A program made the position numbers and the translations under genes. DNA of 64,000 nucleotides. Source: Eledone cirrhosa. Its lineage: Eukaryota. Location: positions 27,714,001 through 27,778,000 of the forward strand of contig OZ024755.1 in the NCBI GenBank assembly GCA_964016885.1, read 5' to 3'. The notes below the pieces were generated by a model, which was given only the letters and a program-made list of their open reading frames with translations, made no database searches and had not been told where the DNA came from. Positions 1 to 12,800 of this stretch are shown piece by piece. Numbering within the stretch: position 1 is the first letter of the stretch; the number at the start of each line of letters is the position of its first letter.

Positions 1-924
1 TACCAGAGATAATGTTAGATTAATCTAGTATTACCAGAGATATTGTTAGATTAATCTAGGAGTATTACCAGAGATAATGTTATATTAATCTAGTATTACC
101 AGAGATATTGTTAGATTAATCTAGGAGTATTACCAGAGATAATGTTAGATTAATCTAGTATTACCAGAGATAATGTTAGATTAATCTAGTATTACCAGAG
201 ATATTGTTAGATTAATCTAGTATTACCAGAGATATTGTTAGATTAATTTAGGAGTATTACCAGAGATATTGTTAGATTAATCTAGGAGTATTACCAGATA
301 TATTGTTAGATTAATCTAGGAGTATTACCAGAGATAATGTTATATTAATCTAGTATTACCAGAGATATTGTTAGATTAATCTAGGAGTATTACCAGAGAT
401 AATGTTAGATTAATCTAGTATTACCAGAGATAATGTTAGATTAATCTAATATTACCAGAGATAATGTTAGATTAATCTAGTATTACCAGAGATATTGGTA
501 GATTAATCTAGTATTACCAGAGATATTGTTAGATTAATCTAGTATTACCAGAGATATTGTTAGATTAATCTAGCAGTATTACCAGAGATAATGTTAGATT
601 AATCTAGTATTACCAGAAATAATGTTAGATTAATCTAGTATTACCAGAGATAATGTTAGATTAATCTAGTATTACCAGAGATATTGTTAGATTAATCTAG
701 GAGTATTACCAGAGATAATGTTAGATTAATCTAGTATTACCAGAGATATTGTTAGATTAATCTAGGAGTATTACCAGAGATAATGTTAGATTAATCTAGT
801 ATTACCAGAGATATTGTTAGATTAATCTAGTATTACCAGAGATAACGTTAGATTAATCTAGTATTACCAGAGATAATGTTAGATTAATCTAGTATTACTA
901 GAGATATTGTTAGATTAATCTAGA
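1..924. repeat. Minisatellite, 31/34-bp unit (TATTACCAGAGATAWTGTTAGATTAATCTAG[GAG])
   Basis: Head-to-tail near-identical units with no spacers; each contains the 12-bp palindrome TAGATTAATCTA. Confidence 0.95.
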
Positions 925-1875
925 ATAAAGTGATGAATGGTGAAGTGATGAATGATGAAGAAGTATGACCAGAGATAATGTTAGAATGATTAATAAAATA
1001 TATTTAAAAATAAAACAGAATGATCAGCTTAGGATATTTTTAGTGAATTGATTGTCCTTATGATAATAATATATAAACTGATGCTGGTGACAGTAAGTAG
1101 TCTATAATAAATATATATATATTATAACAAATATATATATGATAATAGATATCTATTATGATAGAAATATATTATAATAGATATATGATATAATTGTTTC
1201 TACTTTTGACACAAGGCCAGGAATTACCCAGTACATTACTGATTCTTTATTTTATCGACCCCGATGGATGAAAGTCATAATGAATATATATTATAATAGA
1301 TGTATGTTGTAATAAATATATATTATAATAGATATGTTATAATGAATATATATTATAATAGATATATGTTATAATAAATATATATTATAATAAATATATG
1401 TTATAATAAATATATATTATAATAAATATATATAATGAATATATAATAAATATATATTATATAAAATATATAAAATATATAAAATATATAAAATATATTT
1501 AATATATAAAATGATAATAAATATATAAGTCTGAGTTCAAATCACGCCGAGGTTAGCTTTGCTTTTCATCCTTACAGGGTCGATACAATAAAGTACCAGT
1601 AATGACCCGAGTTAATTGCTGGCCTTGTGCCAAAAGTAGAATATATATTATAATAAATATATAAAACAAATTAAATAAGAATCAAGCAAACCAATCAAGA
1701 GGAGAAACAGATGGTTAGTTATGCAGATTACGGGCCAGTAGAGAAAATGCTAGTGTGCTCGATACATATAGATTGTTAGACTAGTAAACCAAGCGAGTAA
1801 ATGGAAAGCAGTGTCTAGCAAAATTATTATAAGCAGAGCAAAAAATCATAATAAAATGCTGCAGAGAACAATAAT

Positions 1876-2059
1876 TGTTTCTACTTTAGGCACAAGGCCA
1901 GCAATTACCCAGTGCATTACTGGTACTTTATTTTATCTACCCCGTAAGGATGAAAGGCAAAGTCAACCTCGGCGGGATTTGAACTCAGATCGTAAAGGGA
2001 CGTAACTATGCTGGAAAACATGGCGTCCGACCCTCTACCGATACTGCCAATCCACCGCA
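1876..2059 (-). mobile_element. tRNA-derived SINE (dominant family, Meta-domain-like body), full length with TSD
   Basis: A-box TGGCAGTATCGG and B-box GAGTTCAAATCC on the minus strand; body GCCTTTCATCCTTACGGGGT.GATAAAATAAAGTACC; 15-bp TSD GCAGAGAACAATAAT at 1861-1875 and 2060-2074. Partial copies at ~1192-1275 (-) and ~1528-1642 (+). Confidence 0.9.
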
Positions 2060-2144
2060 GCAGAGAACAATAATGATTTACGAAGACATATATGTATTCA
2101 TTTTATTTATAAAACAAATTAAATGAATTAGTAGATATATATTA

Positions 2145-2471
2145 GTCTTAGTCTTAGATTCTTCCGCGCCGTTCGGCGCATCGAGCAGTAAGTACTCGCC
2201 AACGGTCGCGATCAGCGGCAACTTTTTCGAGACCGTGCCAGGTGATGTTGGCTGCCATCAGGTCCTTCCGGAACGTTCGTCGCCAGGTGATCCATGGGCA
2301 ACCCCGCCTCCGTTTACCGCCAGGCGGAGTCCAGTTCATCGCTGTTTTCGAATGCCGTTCATTTGGCAGACGCAGAATATGGCCAGCCAGCCGGCACCGA
2401 CGCTCCGTGACCACTCTCTGTAGCGTCCACGACTCGGCTCTCCGCAGGATCTCCTCGTTGCGCACTCGGTC
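2145..2471 (-). mobile_element. 5'-truncated RTE-clade LINE (ORF2 C-terminus)
   Basis: Translation RNEEILRR...RRCRLAGHILRLPNERHSKTAMNWTPPGGKRRRGCPWITW...AADRDRWR is typical of the RTE C-terminus; (TAAGAC)n tail; 11-bp TSD GATATATATTA at 2134-2144 and 2472-2482. Confidence 0.9.
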
Positions 2472-2584
2472 GATATATATTAATAGAAATAAAATTATAA
2501 GGTTGCGATAGGTTAAAGAAATCTGTATTGAATTGATGATGATTATGATGAAAATAAGAAATGATACTTAGTAATGGTGTATAA

Positions 2585-2690
2585 CAGAGGTTCTGAAACT
2601 TTTGGGGCCTCTGCTCCCCCTCACGGCCACGTAATACCCTCATTGTCACCCACCTCTATTTCCAGAGAGACCTGCCTACACGCAAATTGT
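2585..2690 (-). mobile_element. hAT-type MITE end fragment (same family as 53622-54332)
   Basis: CAGAGGTTCTGAAACTTTTGGGG...CCAGAGAGACCTGCCTACACGCAAAT is the reverse complement of the right end of the 53622 element. Confidence 0.7.
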
Positions 2691-2719
2691 AAATAATATA
2701 TAATAAATAAAATCGTTAA

Positions 2720-4320
2720 TTTATATATAATAAATATTATATATATTATGTATAAATAAATATTATGTATATTATCTATACATAAATATTATATATATTA
2801 TGAATACATAAATTGTATATATATTATGTATAAATAAATATATATATTATGTATAAATAAATATTATATATATTATATATAAATAAATATTATATATATT
2901 ATGTATAAATAAAGATTATATATATTATGTATAAATAAATATTATATATATTATGAATACATAAATATTATATATATTATATATAAATAAATATATATAT
3001 TATGTATAAATAAAGATTATATATATTATATTAAATAAATATTATATATATTATGTATAAATAAAGATTATATATATTATGTATAAATAAATATTATATA
3101 TATTATATATAAATAAATATTATATATATTATGTATAAATAAATATTATATATATTATGTATAAATAAAGATTATATATATTATGTATAAATAAATATTA
3201 TATATATTATGTATAAATAAATGTTATATATATTATACATAAATAAATATTATATATATTGTGTATAAATAAATATTATATATATTATATATATTATGTA
3301 TAAATAAATATTATATATATTATATATAAATAAATATTATATATATTATGTATAAATAAATATTATATATATTATACATAAATAAATATTATATATATTA
3401 TGTATAAATAAATATTATATATATTATGTATAAATAAATATTATATATATTATATATAAATAAATATTATATATATTATGTATAAATAAATATTATATAT
3501 ATTATGTATAAATAAATGTTATATATATTATACATAAATAAATATTATATATATTATGTATAAATAAATATTATATATATTATATATATTATGTATAAAT
3601 AAATATTATATATATTATATATAAATAAATATTATATATATTATGTATAAATAAATATTATATATATTAAAATATAAATAAATATTATATATATTATGTA
3701 TAAATAAAGATTATATATATTATGTATAAATAAATATTATATATATTATATATAAATAAATATTATATATATTATGTATAAATAAATATTATATATATTA
3801 TGTATAAATAAAGATTATATATATTATGTATAAATAAATATTATATATATTATATATAAATAAATATTATATATATTATGTATAAATAAATATTATATAT
3901 ATTATGTATAAATAAAGATTATATATATTATGTATAAATAAATATTATATATATTATGTATAAATAAATGTTATATATATTATACATAAATAAATATTAT
4001 ATATATTATGTATAAATAAATATTATATATATTATATATATTATGTATAAATAAATATTATATATATTATATATAAATAAATATTATATATATTATGTAT
4101 AAATAAATATTATATATATTAAAATATAAATAAATATTATATATATTATGTATAAATAAATATTATATATATTATATATAGATAAATATTATATATATTA
4201 TGTATAAATAAATATTATATAGATTATGTATAGATAAATATTATATATATTATGTATAAATAAATATATATATTATATATAAATGAATATATATATTCTA
4301 TGTATATATAAATATTATAT
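2720..4320. repeat. AT-rich minisatellite, ~26-bp unit (TATGTATAAATAAATATTATATATAT)
   Basis: Direct tandem repetition over ~1.6 kb. Confidence 0.95.
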
Positions 4321-4558
4321 ATTGTTTATTTTACTATATATATATATATAATATGTATCATTTGTATATTAAATATACTATTATATCATATCTCCCGCCC
4401 GGAGGAGGAGGAGGGGTGGAGGATGGTAGGTGAATGGATATCAATTAATAGAAAATATGTGAATAAGAATGTTGAGTTTGATAATCATCTAACTACTAGA
4501 GAATTGATGACTAAGAGTGGTAGTGTTAAGCTGAACAATTTCTTGAGGTATATGTATG

Positions 4559-4639
<81 letters not shown>

Positions 4640-4645
4640 AAATAT

Positions 4646-5112
4646 GATAATAATGGAGCTGCGGCGTTGCAAATGGGTTACATATGAAAAAGTAAGTCCT
4701 TCATCAGTGGCCTTCCAACCGTCCTAGGCATTTCATCACTTTAAACTCTCTCTCTCTCTCTCGTCTGCGACTTCACAGAACTTATGTTTACCGAATTCGC
4801 AGACCAGACCCCTTCTTCCTCCCGTTAGACCTGTGCGAAATTCCTTCCTTGCTCACATTTCAACCAGGTTTGATGGTCTTTAGTCTCTCGTTCACGATTT
4901 CACCGAGTTTATATTCATAGAAATCTGGGACTTGTCTCTTTCTTCTCACTTTCTGTTGCTTAAACCATTTTGTTTGTTCACCCCAGCGTCCCCTTTATTT
5001 ACGTGTCCCAACGACTTTTTTTAGCCGTTGTTCGCACCAACCTGAGGTATATGGCCTTTAAAGTGATGAAATGCCTAGGACGGTTGGAAGGCCACTGATG
5101 AAGGACTTACTT

Positions 5113-5120
<8 letters not shown>
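4646..5120 (+). mobile_element. Family A non-coding retroelement (Penelope-like/retrozyme-like) with an inverted partial terminal repeat
   Basis: 4681-4745 is the inverted copy of ~5057-5120; flanked by (TA)n; homologous to 6877-7756, 8633-9175 and 55896-56402. Confidence 0.75.
5037..5113 (+). ncRNA. Predicted non-circularly permuted hammerhead ribozyme (family A)
   Basis: AGGTAT-A(H17)-TGGCCTT ... GAT-GAA-ATGCCT ... AAGGCCA-CTGATGA-A: stem I TGGCCTT/AAGGCCA, stem III AGGTAT/ATGCCT, distal helix CCAACC/GGTTGG. Confidence 0.75.
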
Positions 5121-5154
<34 letters not shown>

Positions 5155-5156
<2 letters not shown>

Positions 5157-5634
5157 CGTTTCTGAATTTGTTTAGCAAGATTCTTTATCTGAAAACGTGT
5201 GTTGAAACCGATATAGTTATACTTTGGGAGGGTCATGTTGCCAATAAGAAACACGCGCACCAGTTGCTTTCACTTCAATTTATTATAAATAAAATTTATA
5301 AATTTAGGAATTTATAATTTTCCGGTTGGTTGGTTGGTTCCACAACCAGATGATTGTTCATATATATATGAACACACACAAAAACAAGATGGCGTAGGAC
5401 AGAACAAAGGAGAGGCACAAAAACAAAGAAAAGAATCCCCAGTCACTGAAGAGGTCACAGAATGTGTGACGAAAGAACTTTGACAATATATGAACAATCA
5501 TCTGGTTGTGGAACCAACCAACCGGAAATTTATAAATTCCTAAATTTATAAATTTAATTTATAATAAATTGAAGTGAAAGCAACTGGTGCGTGTGTTTCT
5601 TATTGGCAACATGACCCTCCCAAAGTATAACAAT
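5155..5634. mobile_element. Family C element with ~150-bp inverted repeats around an HHR
   Basis: ~5212-5368 is the inverted copy of ~5487-5634; fragments also at ~24720-24770, ~50845-50900 and ~53970-54180; (TA)n flanks. Confidence 0.7.
5442..5484 (+). ncRNA. Minimal type I hammerhead ribozyme motif
   Basis: GTCA-CTGAAGA-G-GTCACA(GAATG)TGTGAC-GAAA-GAAC-TT-TGAC; stem I GTCA/TGAC. Confidence 0.75.
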
Positions 5635-5714
5635 ATATATATATAGTAATAATAATTGTTTCTACTTTAGGCACAGTAATAATAATATATATATATATAT
5701 ATATATATAGTAAT

Positions 5715-5897
5715 AATTGTTTCTACTTTAGGCACAAGGCCAGCAATTACCCAGTGCATTACTGGTACTTTATTTTATCGACCCCGTAAGGATGAAAGGC
5801 AAAGTCAACCTCGGCAGGATTTGAACTCAGATCGTAAAGGGACGTAACTATGCTGGAAAGCATAGCGTCCGACCCTCTACCGATACTGCCAATCCAC
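5715..5897 (-). mobile_element. tRNA-derived SINE, full length
   Basis: Same family as 1876-2059; TSD ATAGTAATAAT at 5707-5717 and 5898-5908. Confidence 0.9.
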
Positions 5898-5986
5898 ATA
5901 GTAATAATAATAGATTTGAAGACTAAAATCCAAAGAGGGCTCGATAAGGATAAATATATATCAGATATATAAGAACCGTAGAGCAA

Positions 5987-6123
5987 ATATTTATTAAAAT
6001 AACAGATTAAAGTTTAAGCAAAGAATCGCTGCTTTCACCCTTAACAGGATCTTCTGAAGATCCCGTTAAGGGTGAAAGCAGCGATTCTTTGCTTAAACTT
6101 TAATCTGTTATTTTAATAAATAT
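5987..6123. repeat. 68-bp-arm near-perfect palindrome centred on an HHR core
   Basis: Symmetry axis at 6055; the right arm reads CTGAAGA-T-CCC(GTTAA)GGG-T-GAA-AGCAG...TTGCT-T; a single-arm homologue lies at ~32155-32216. Confidence 0.85.
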
Positions 6124-6454
6124 ATATATATATATGACAATTATTTATATATATAGACAATTATTAAATATATAAATAAATAAATAAATGCCATAGTTAA
6201 TTAATAAATAAATTAACTAATACCCCAACACTTCACACAAAGTAAAATATTTTGTTTTAAACATTTTCTAACCCAGAAAAAAGAGAAAAAAAATAAAAAG
6301 GAAAAAAAATATTTTTCTTCCTAATAATCGTATTTTTCTCCCTGTTTTCAGAGTACTCAATACTTTCAGTTCCAGAGTACTCAATACTTAGGGTAGTAGA
6401 GTGGGTAATATTTTTTCCTATATATATATACTCAACATTTGATATATATACTCA

Positions 6455-6508
6455 ACATTTGATAAGATGAATTTTAATATTTTAATAATACATCGAAACC
6501 GGTAATAT
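6455..6508 (+). ncRNA. Hammerhead-like motif, U3/A8 core variant (second copy 8367-8412)
   Basis: TTGATAA-GATG...CATC-GAAA-CCGG-TA with palindromic ACCGGT stem III; stem I is weak. Confidence 0.5.
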
Positions 6509-6521
6509 TTTATATACTTTA

Positions 6522-6589
<68 letters not shown>

Positions 6590-6809
6590 AATATAATTTC
6601 AGCGAGATTCGGATTTCGGCAGTGGTCGAAAACAAATCGAAACGCAATATTCGAGTTATGCTGGCAAGCGCTCCATAGACCAAATTAGGACCAGAGCAAT
6701 AAACATAGGTTATAGAGGCCAAAGAAACTGAGATGGCGTTCAAGAAGCTATCAACCACCTAAGCCAAACAGGTCAAACACAATAATTAAATATTTACCCG
6801 TGTGTGTTT

Positions 6810-6876
<67 letters not shown>

Positions 6877-6882
<6 letters not shown>

Positions 6883-7756
6883 AATAATGGCTGCGCGTTG
6901 CAAATGGTGGTGCATATGAAAAAGTGAGTCCTTCATCAGTGACCCTCCAACCGTCCCAGGCATTTCATCGCTTTAAGGGCCATATGCCTCAGGTTGGTGC
7001 GAACAACGGCTAAAAAAAGTCGTTGGGACACGTAAATAAAGGGGACGTTAGGGTAACAAACAAAATGGTTTAAGCAACGGAAAGTGAGAAGAAATAGACA
7101 AGTCCCAGATCTCTATGAATATAAACTCGGTGAAATCGTGAACAAGAGACAAAAGACCATCAAACCTGGTGGAAATGTGAGAAAGGAAGGAATTTCGCAC
7201 AAGCCTAACGGGGGGGGAAAGAAGAAGAAGAAGAAGAAGAAGAAGAAGAAGAAGAAGAAGAAGAAGAAGAAGAAGAAGAAGAAGAAGAAGAAGAAGAAGA
7301 AAAAGAAGAAGAAGGGGTTTGGTCTACGAATTCGGTAAACATAAGTTTTGTGAAGTCGCAGACGAAAGAGAGAGAGAAAAAAAATTCCATACCAGCTTGA
7401 CCAGGACGCGCGAGAAAAGAATTTCACACAGGTCAAACTTGAAGGAGGAGGAGGAAAGAGGAGGAGGAGAGGTAGTGACAGAGAATGGGTGAGTGAAAGT
7501 TGAGGAGGAGGCTAACAGAGAGAGAGACTGCTAGAAAGGGTAAAATGTACAAAGAACGAGAAAGGGTAAAGGTACAAAGGACGAAACGGACGGGTAGCAG
7601 CAGAAGAAAAATTATGTGTAAATATGATAATAATGGCTGCGCGTTGCAAATGGTGGTGCATATGAAAAAGTGAGTCCTTCATCAGTGACCCTCCAACCGT
7701 CCCAGGCATTTCATCGCTTTAAGGGCCATATGCCTCAGGTTGGTGCGAACAACGGC
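6877..7756 (-). mobile_element. Family A element with ~133-bp direct terminal repeats (746-bp period), retrozyme/pLTR-like
   Basis: 6877-7009 matches 7623-7756; each repeat holds a permuted HHR (6921-6997 and 7667-7743); (TA)n flanks; internal (GAA)n tract at ~7218-7313; no credible ORF. Confidence 0.8.
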
Positions 7757-8155
7757 ATATATATATATATAAACACACACATATGTGTGTATTGTTATAT
7801 ATACACCCCCACACACTATATATATATATACACACATTCCCTAAAACCATATTCCAATAATAGAATTTCTCTTACACTCCTGCTGCTACCACAGAACTTA
7901 CCTCAAGCTTACAATTCCCCATCCCCTTTTCAACTCTTGACCAGTCAATTAATACACTCAGATATACACATATATTTACAGGATGTTTCCCCAAAACATC
8001 TTTGTTCTGTAAAGAAACACAGCTGCTGCTATCTTCACTACCACCTCTCTATTAACAAGAACTCATTCTCCAGCCAAATTTTGAGCAAGAAAGATGGAAG
8101 AAAACTTACTCCAACATTTGATTTTAATTTGAAATCTTTAATTTTTAGTTTTTAA

Positions 8156-8339
8156 GGATTGCCAGTATCGGTAGAGGGTCGGACGCCATGCTTTCCAGCA
8201 TAGTTACGTCCCTTTACGATCCGAGTTCAAATCCCGCCGAGGTTGACTTTGCCTTTCATCCTTACGGGGTCGATAAAATAAAGTACCAGTAATGCACTGA
8301 GTAATTGCTGGCCTTGTGCCTAAAGTAGAAACAATTATT
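8156..8339 (+). mobile_element. tRNA-derived SINE, full length
   Basis: Same family; A and B boxes present. Confidence 0.9.
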
Positions 8340-8632
8340 TCTTTTTAATTTTTATTTCAATACTCAACATTTGATAAGATGAATTTTAATAATACATCGA
8401 AACCGGTAATACTTTATATACTTTATAAAACTTTTTTTTAAAAAGAATTGTCCCGCTAATTTTTTCAATAATCTTCTCAATAATGTCACTTTGACGAATC
8501 AAAGAAAGGATAAAAAAAGAAAAATAGACCATTAAATATATCTTCCGTGCTTCCAACTTCACCTTTTCTCTACATCCACTGTTTTGTATAGAACCTTACT
8601 TCCCTTTTCTAATATATATATATATATAAAAA

Positions 8633-9476
<844 letters not shown>

Positions 9477-9694
9477 CATATATATATTCTTTTTTCTTTT
9501 TTCTTTTTCTTTCTTTATCTCTCCCTTTCTTTCTCCACTTTTCTCTCTCTCGGTTTTTTCTCTCTCTCCGTCTTCCTTCTTAACACAACGACTTACTAAG
9601 ATAAACAAATCCACTATCCCTGATGTCTTCCAAAAGTAACGGTTGCATTTTGAAAGGGTATGTCAATATTTATTTATAAAACTGGTATATATTG

Positions 9695-9759
9695 TATTTT
9701 GTCTGATGAAAGCATACCATAATTTAACATGGTATCCTTGAAATATGTATAATAAAATA
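9695..9759 (+). ncRNA. Type I hammerhead ribozyme motif
   Basis: TATTTTGT-CTGATGA-AAGcATACCAT(AATTTAAC)ATGGTATcCTT-GAAA-TATGTA-TA-ATAAAATA; 8-bp stem I and long stem II. Confidence 0.85.
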
Positions 9760-9799
9760 GATATGGTTTTATAAATATAGTTTCCATTTGTTAATATCG

Positions 9800-9930
<131 letters not shown>

Positions 9931-11009
9931 GATCGATTCAATTGCGAAGCTTCTACCCACCGGTCTGACCGGCTAGAAATAGCATCCAAGGTTTCTTCAA
10001 AGTACAACTAGTTATATTAAATATAGAAAGACACACCACCACCACCACCACTATCATCATCATCATCAACATCAACATCATCATCACCACGAGAGTCAAA
10101 ATTATTGTCTCCCTTTCAATGTTTTCCATGGGTTGGACAGGTCTACCACCAACGCACAACTAGTTATATTAAATATAGAAAGACACATTGGATGATGTAG
10201 TTTTAGATAAATACGTTGTGGGTGGTAACGGTTGGAACGTCTTTGATCAAGGATCAGTTCAATCAGATCTGAGCTATGATTAAATAACATCACCAACAAC
10301 AACAATAACGGATAGGAATTAGATTAACTTCGAGTTCCGTCTGCCAGTTTATCTGATATCAGTAAGTTTAATGTTTGATGTAAGTATACTATTTAATGTT
10401 ATTTATATATAAGTTGTATAGATAAGATATTACTGGTTAAGACAAGTAAGACCATTATTCAACAAAGTATAGTGTCGATGTTATAGGAAAGAAAGTCTAG
10501 ATGACAAAATGAGAAATTAATCTGGCTGGATTAATTTCTCATTTCGTCATTGAAACGGTTTAAGCGTGACCACAGGGTTTTGTTTCTTATAATATGTAAG
10601 TTATATATACTTGGTGTGGCAATAAAGTCGTTAGAAGAGTAGGCTGTGTGCCGTATATAGCAGTAAATGTAACTAATTAATTGCAATTTGAACATTGTCG
10701 TAGACGTGTGATATTCTGTATGAATGTTGTATTTTGTCACAGGCCTATGTATAATTATTTTGCGAAAGGGATAGAAATAGTTGTAGAAGACAATTACTAA
10801 TGTGTGTGTGTAAATGTGTGAAAATGTGTGTATATGTGTGTGTGTGTGCTTCTTTAAATATGTAAAATAATAACAAAACTATGAGGTCAGAAGTATAACT
10901 TGTGAGAAATCGATTTAAACTGTACTTGAATGTACAATTACATTAAACACAACCACAAGGATTTCGCTGTCATTCTTGTGAGTTTATAATACACGTATCG
11001 AACTGCTCA

Positions 11010-11275
11010 ATCCACAAAATATTTTTTCCAGAAGAGAACTGTGGCAATGATCAAACAATCCCCCTATTGTCCCGACTTAAATTTGTGCAATCATTGGGTG
11101 TTCAAGTTATTAAAGCGACATCTTTGGAAATTTGTTTTCGCTTCATTAGAAGAGGTGGTAGATGAATCGTTGCGTTGGTTTCAACAATTGCGGAAGGAAC
11201 GGTTCCAGAAAGAGATAAATGCTTTGCATAAAAACTGTAGAGATGTTATTGCATTCAATGGAGATTGTGTTTTGC
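11010..11275 (+). pseudogene. mariner transposase C-terminal fragment
   Basis: QSPYCPDLNLCNHWVFKLLKRHLWKFVFASLEEV...VIAFNGDCV resembles the mariner PYSPDLAPxDF...LK.L.G.RF...NGDY region. Confidence 0.75.
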
Positions 11276-11376
11276 AGAATAAAAACATTTTTAGTTTCAA
11301 TATGTTGTGCATTTTCATTTAAAGGGTTCTTCTAAAGACTTTATTGCCACAGCAAGTATATGATTTTATAGTATAA

Positions 11377-11468
<92 letters not shown>

Positions 11469-11765
11469 ATGTGTGTAAGTGTGCGTGCATGAGTGTGCGC
11501 GTGTATATGCTTTTGTGTGTGAGTATGTGTATGAATGCGTGTGTGAATGGGTGTGAGTGCGGATGTTATATATAGAACGAAGGAATTGTGGTAAGGAACC
11601 AGATGGACTATAACGCACCAGAGTACTCAATACTTAGGGTAGTAGAGTGGGTAATAGGAAAAAGTATGACCCCGATGGCAGAGCTCAAGCCGTTTCGACG
11701 GCTATTTCTTGACATAAATAGCCGTCGAAACGGCCTGAGCTCTGCCGTCGGGGGTCATACTTTTT

Positions 11766-11815
<50 letters not shown>

Positions 11816-11816
<1 letters not shown>

Positions 11817-11945
11817 GATGATTTCCTTCGATTGAAACAGTTCTAGTCCTGTAAAAGTCCTTTCTGTATTAAATATTGTATATACTCTACTATGTATTGC
11901 GTACCTTACTTACTGTATTTACCCCAGATTGAACCCGGGATACAC
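11816..11945 (+). mobile_element. HHR-bearing repeat fragment, 5'-truncated inside the core (homologous to 31958-32085)
   Basis: TGATGA...GAAA-CAG(TTCTAGTC)CTG-TA followed by the same downstream sequence as 32003-32085. Confidence 0.65.
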
Positions 11946-12042
11946 ATATCTATCTATCTATCCCCCCTCTCTCTCTCTATATATACACACACACACACAC
12001 ATACAAACACACACACGTACATATATATATATATACATATAC

Positions 12043-12093
<51 letters not shown>

Positions 12094-12102
12094 CGTACAT
12101 AC

Positions 12103-12198
<96 letters not shown>

Positions 12199-12281
12199 GT
12201 ATGTATATGTATGATATGTCCCCAAGGCTCTGATACCACCAACACCATAAACACAGAGCTGGCATATCTAAGAACTGACTA

Positions 12282-12337
12282 ACTGCCTGATGAGGTCATA
12301 GCCATTCAATATCTATCATCGAAATATATATAGCAGT
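12282..12337 (+). ncRNA. Type I hammerhead ribozyme motif (partly degenerate stem II)
   Basis: ACTGC-CTGATGA-GGT...ATC-GAAA-TATATA-TA-GCAGT; element ~12212-12385 is homologous to 34051-34220 (-). Confidence 0.75.
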
Positions 12338-12382
12338 AAATAAAGGATTATGAGTTCATGCAATTGACTTATGTTTCGTCAC

Positions 12383-12414
<32 letters not shown>

Positions 12415-12450
12415 TTACAGTAATCAAAGTTCAGTTTAAGTCATTTATTT

Positions 12451-12495
12451 GCTTACAATTGTTTCCTCCAAACCGAGGTTTGGATTCTTCGGAGC
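12451..12495 (-). ncRNA. Hammerhead motif, CCGAAGA (U4C) variant
   Basis: Minus strand GCT-CCGAAGA-aTCCAAACC(TC)GGTTTGGAg-GAAA-CAATTG-TA-AGC. Confidence 0.65.
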
Positions 12496-12800
12496 AGTTA
12501 TTTATAACATACTTGACCTCCTTTTCAACCCAAGAGACACATAAAACATATGTGCATATTGATCAACAGTGGGGTGACATTCATCAAATGAAATAGCATG
12601 GCAATTTACATATAAAGTGTTACATGATAAAAATAAAAATATTTTTTATATATAAGAAATAGGATTTTTTTAATTATAAGTTGAGCCAACTTATGCAGCT
12701 TCATATGCAAATGAGATTAATCACATCATTTACACAGACGAGAAATGTATATATTCTCGGCTGTCTTCTAGTCCAGCAGTCGCAAGCGGTGGGAGGGACC

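Noticed and set aside
1-924. 31-bp partly palindromic repeats resembling a CRISPR array
   Set aside because: No unique spacers, no cas genes and a eukaryotic context; it is a plain minisatellite
1876-2059. tRNA gene (A and B boxes)
   Set aside because: No cloverleaf; multicopy with tail and TSD, so it is a SINE head
10501-10740. 22-bp hairpin and a CYIRHT (GIY-YIG-like) peptide on the minus strand
   Set aside because: Too degenerate to call; no complete HHR or endonuclease motif
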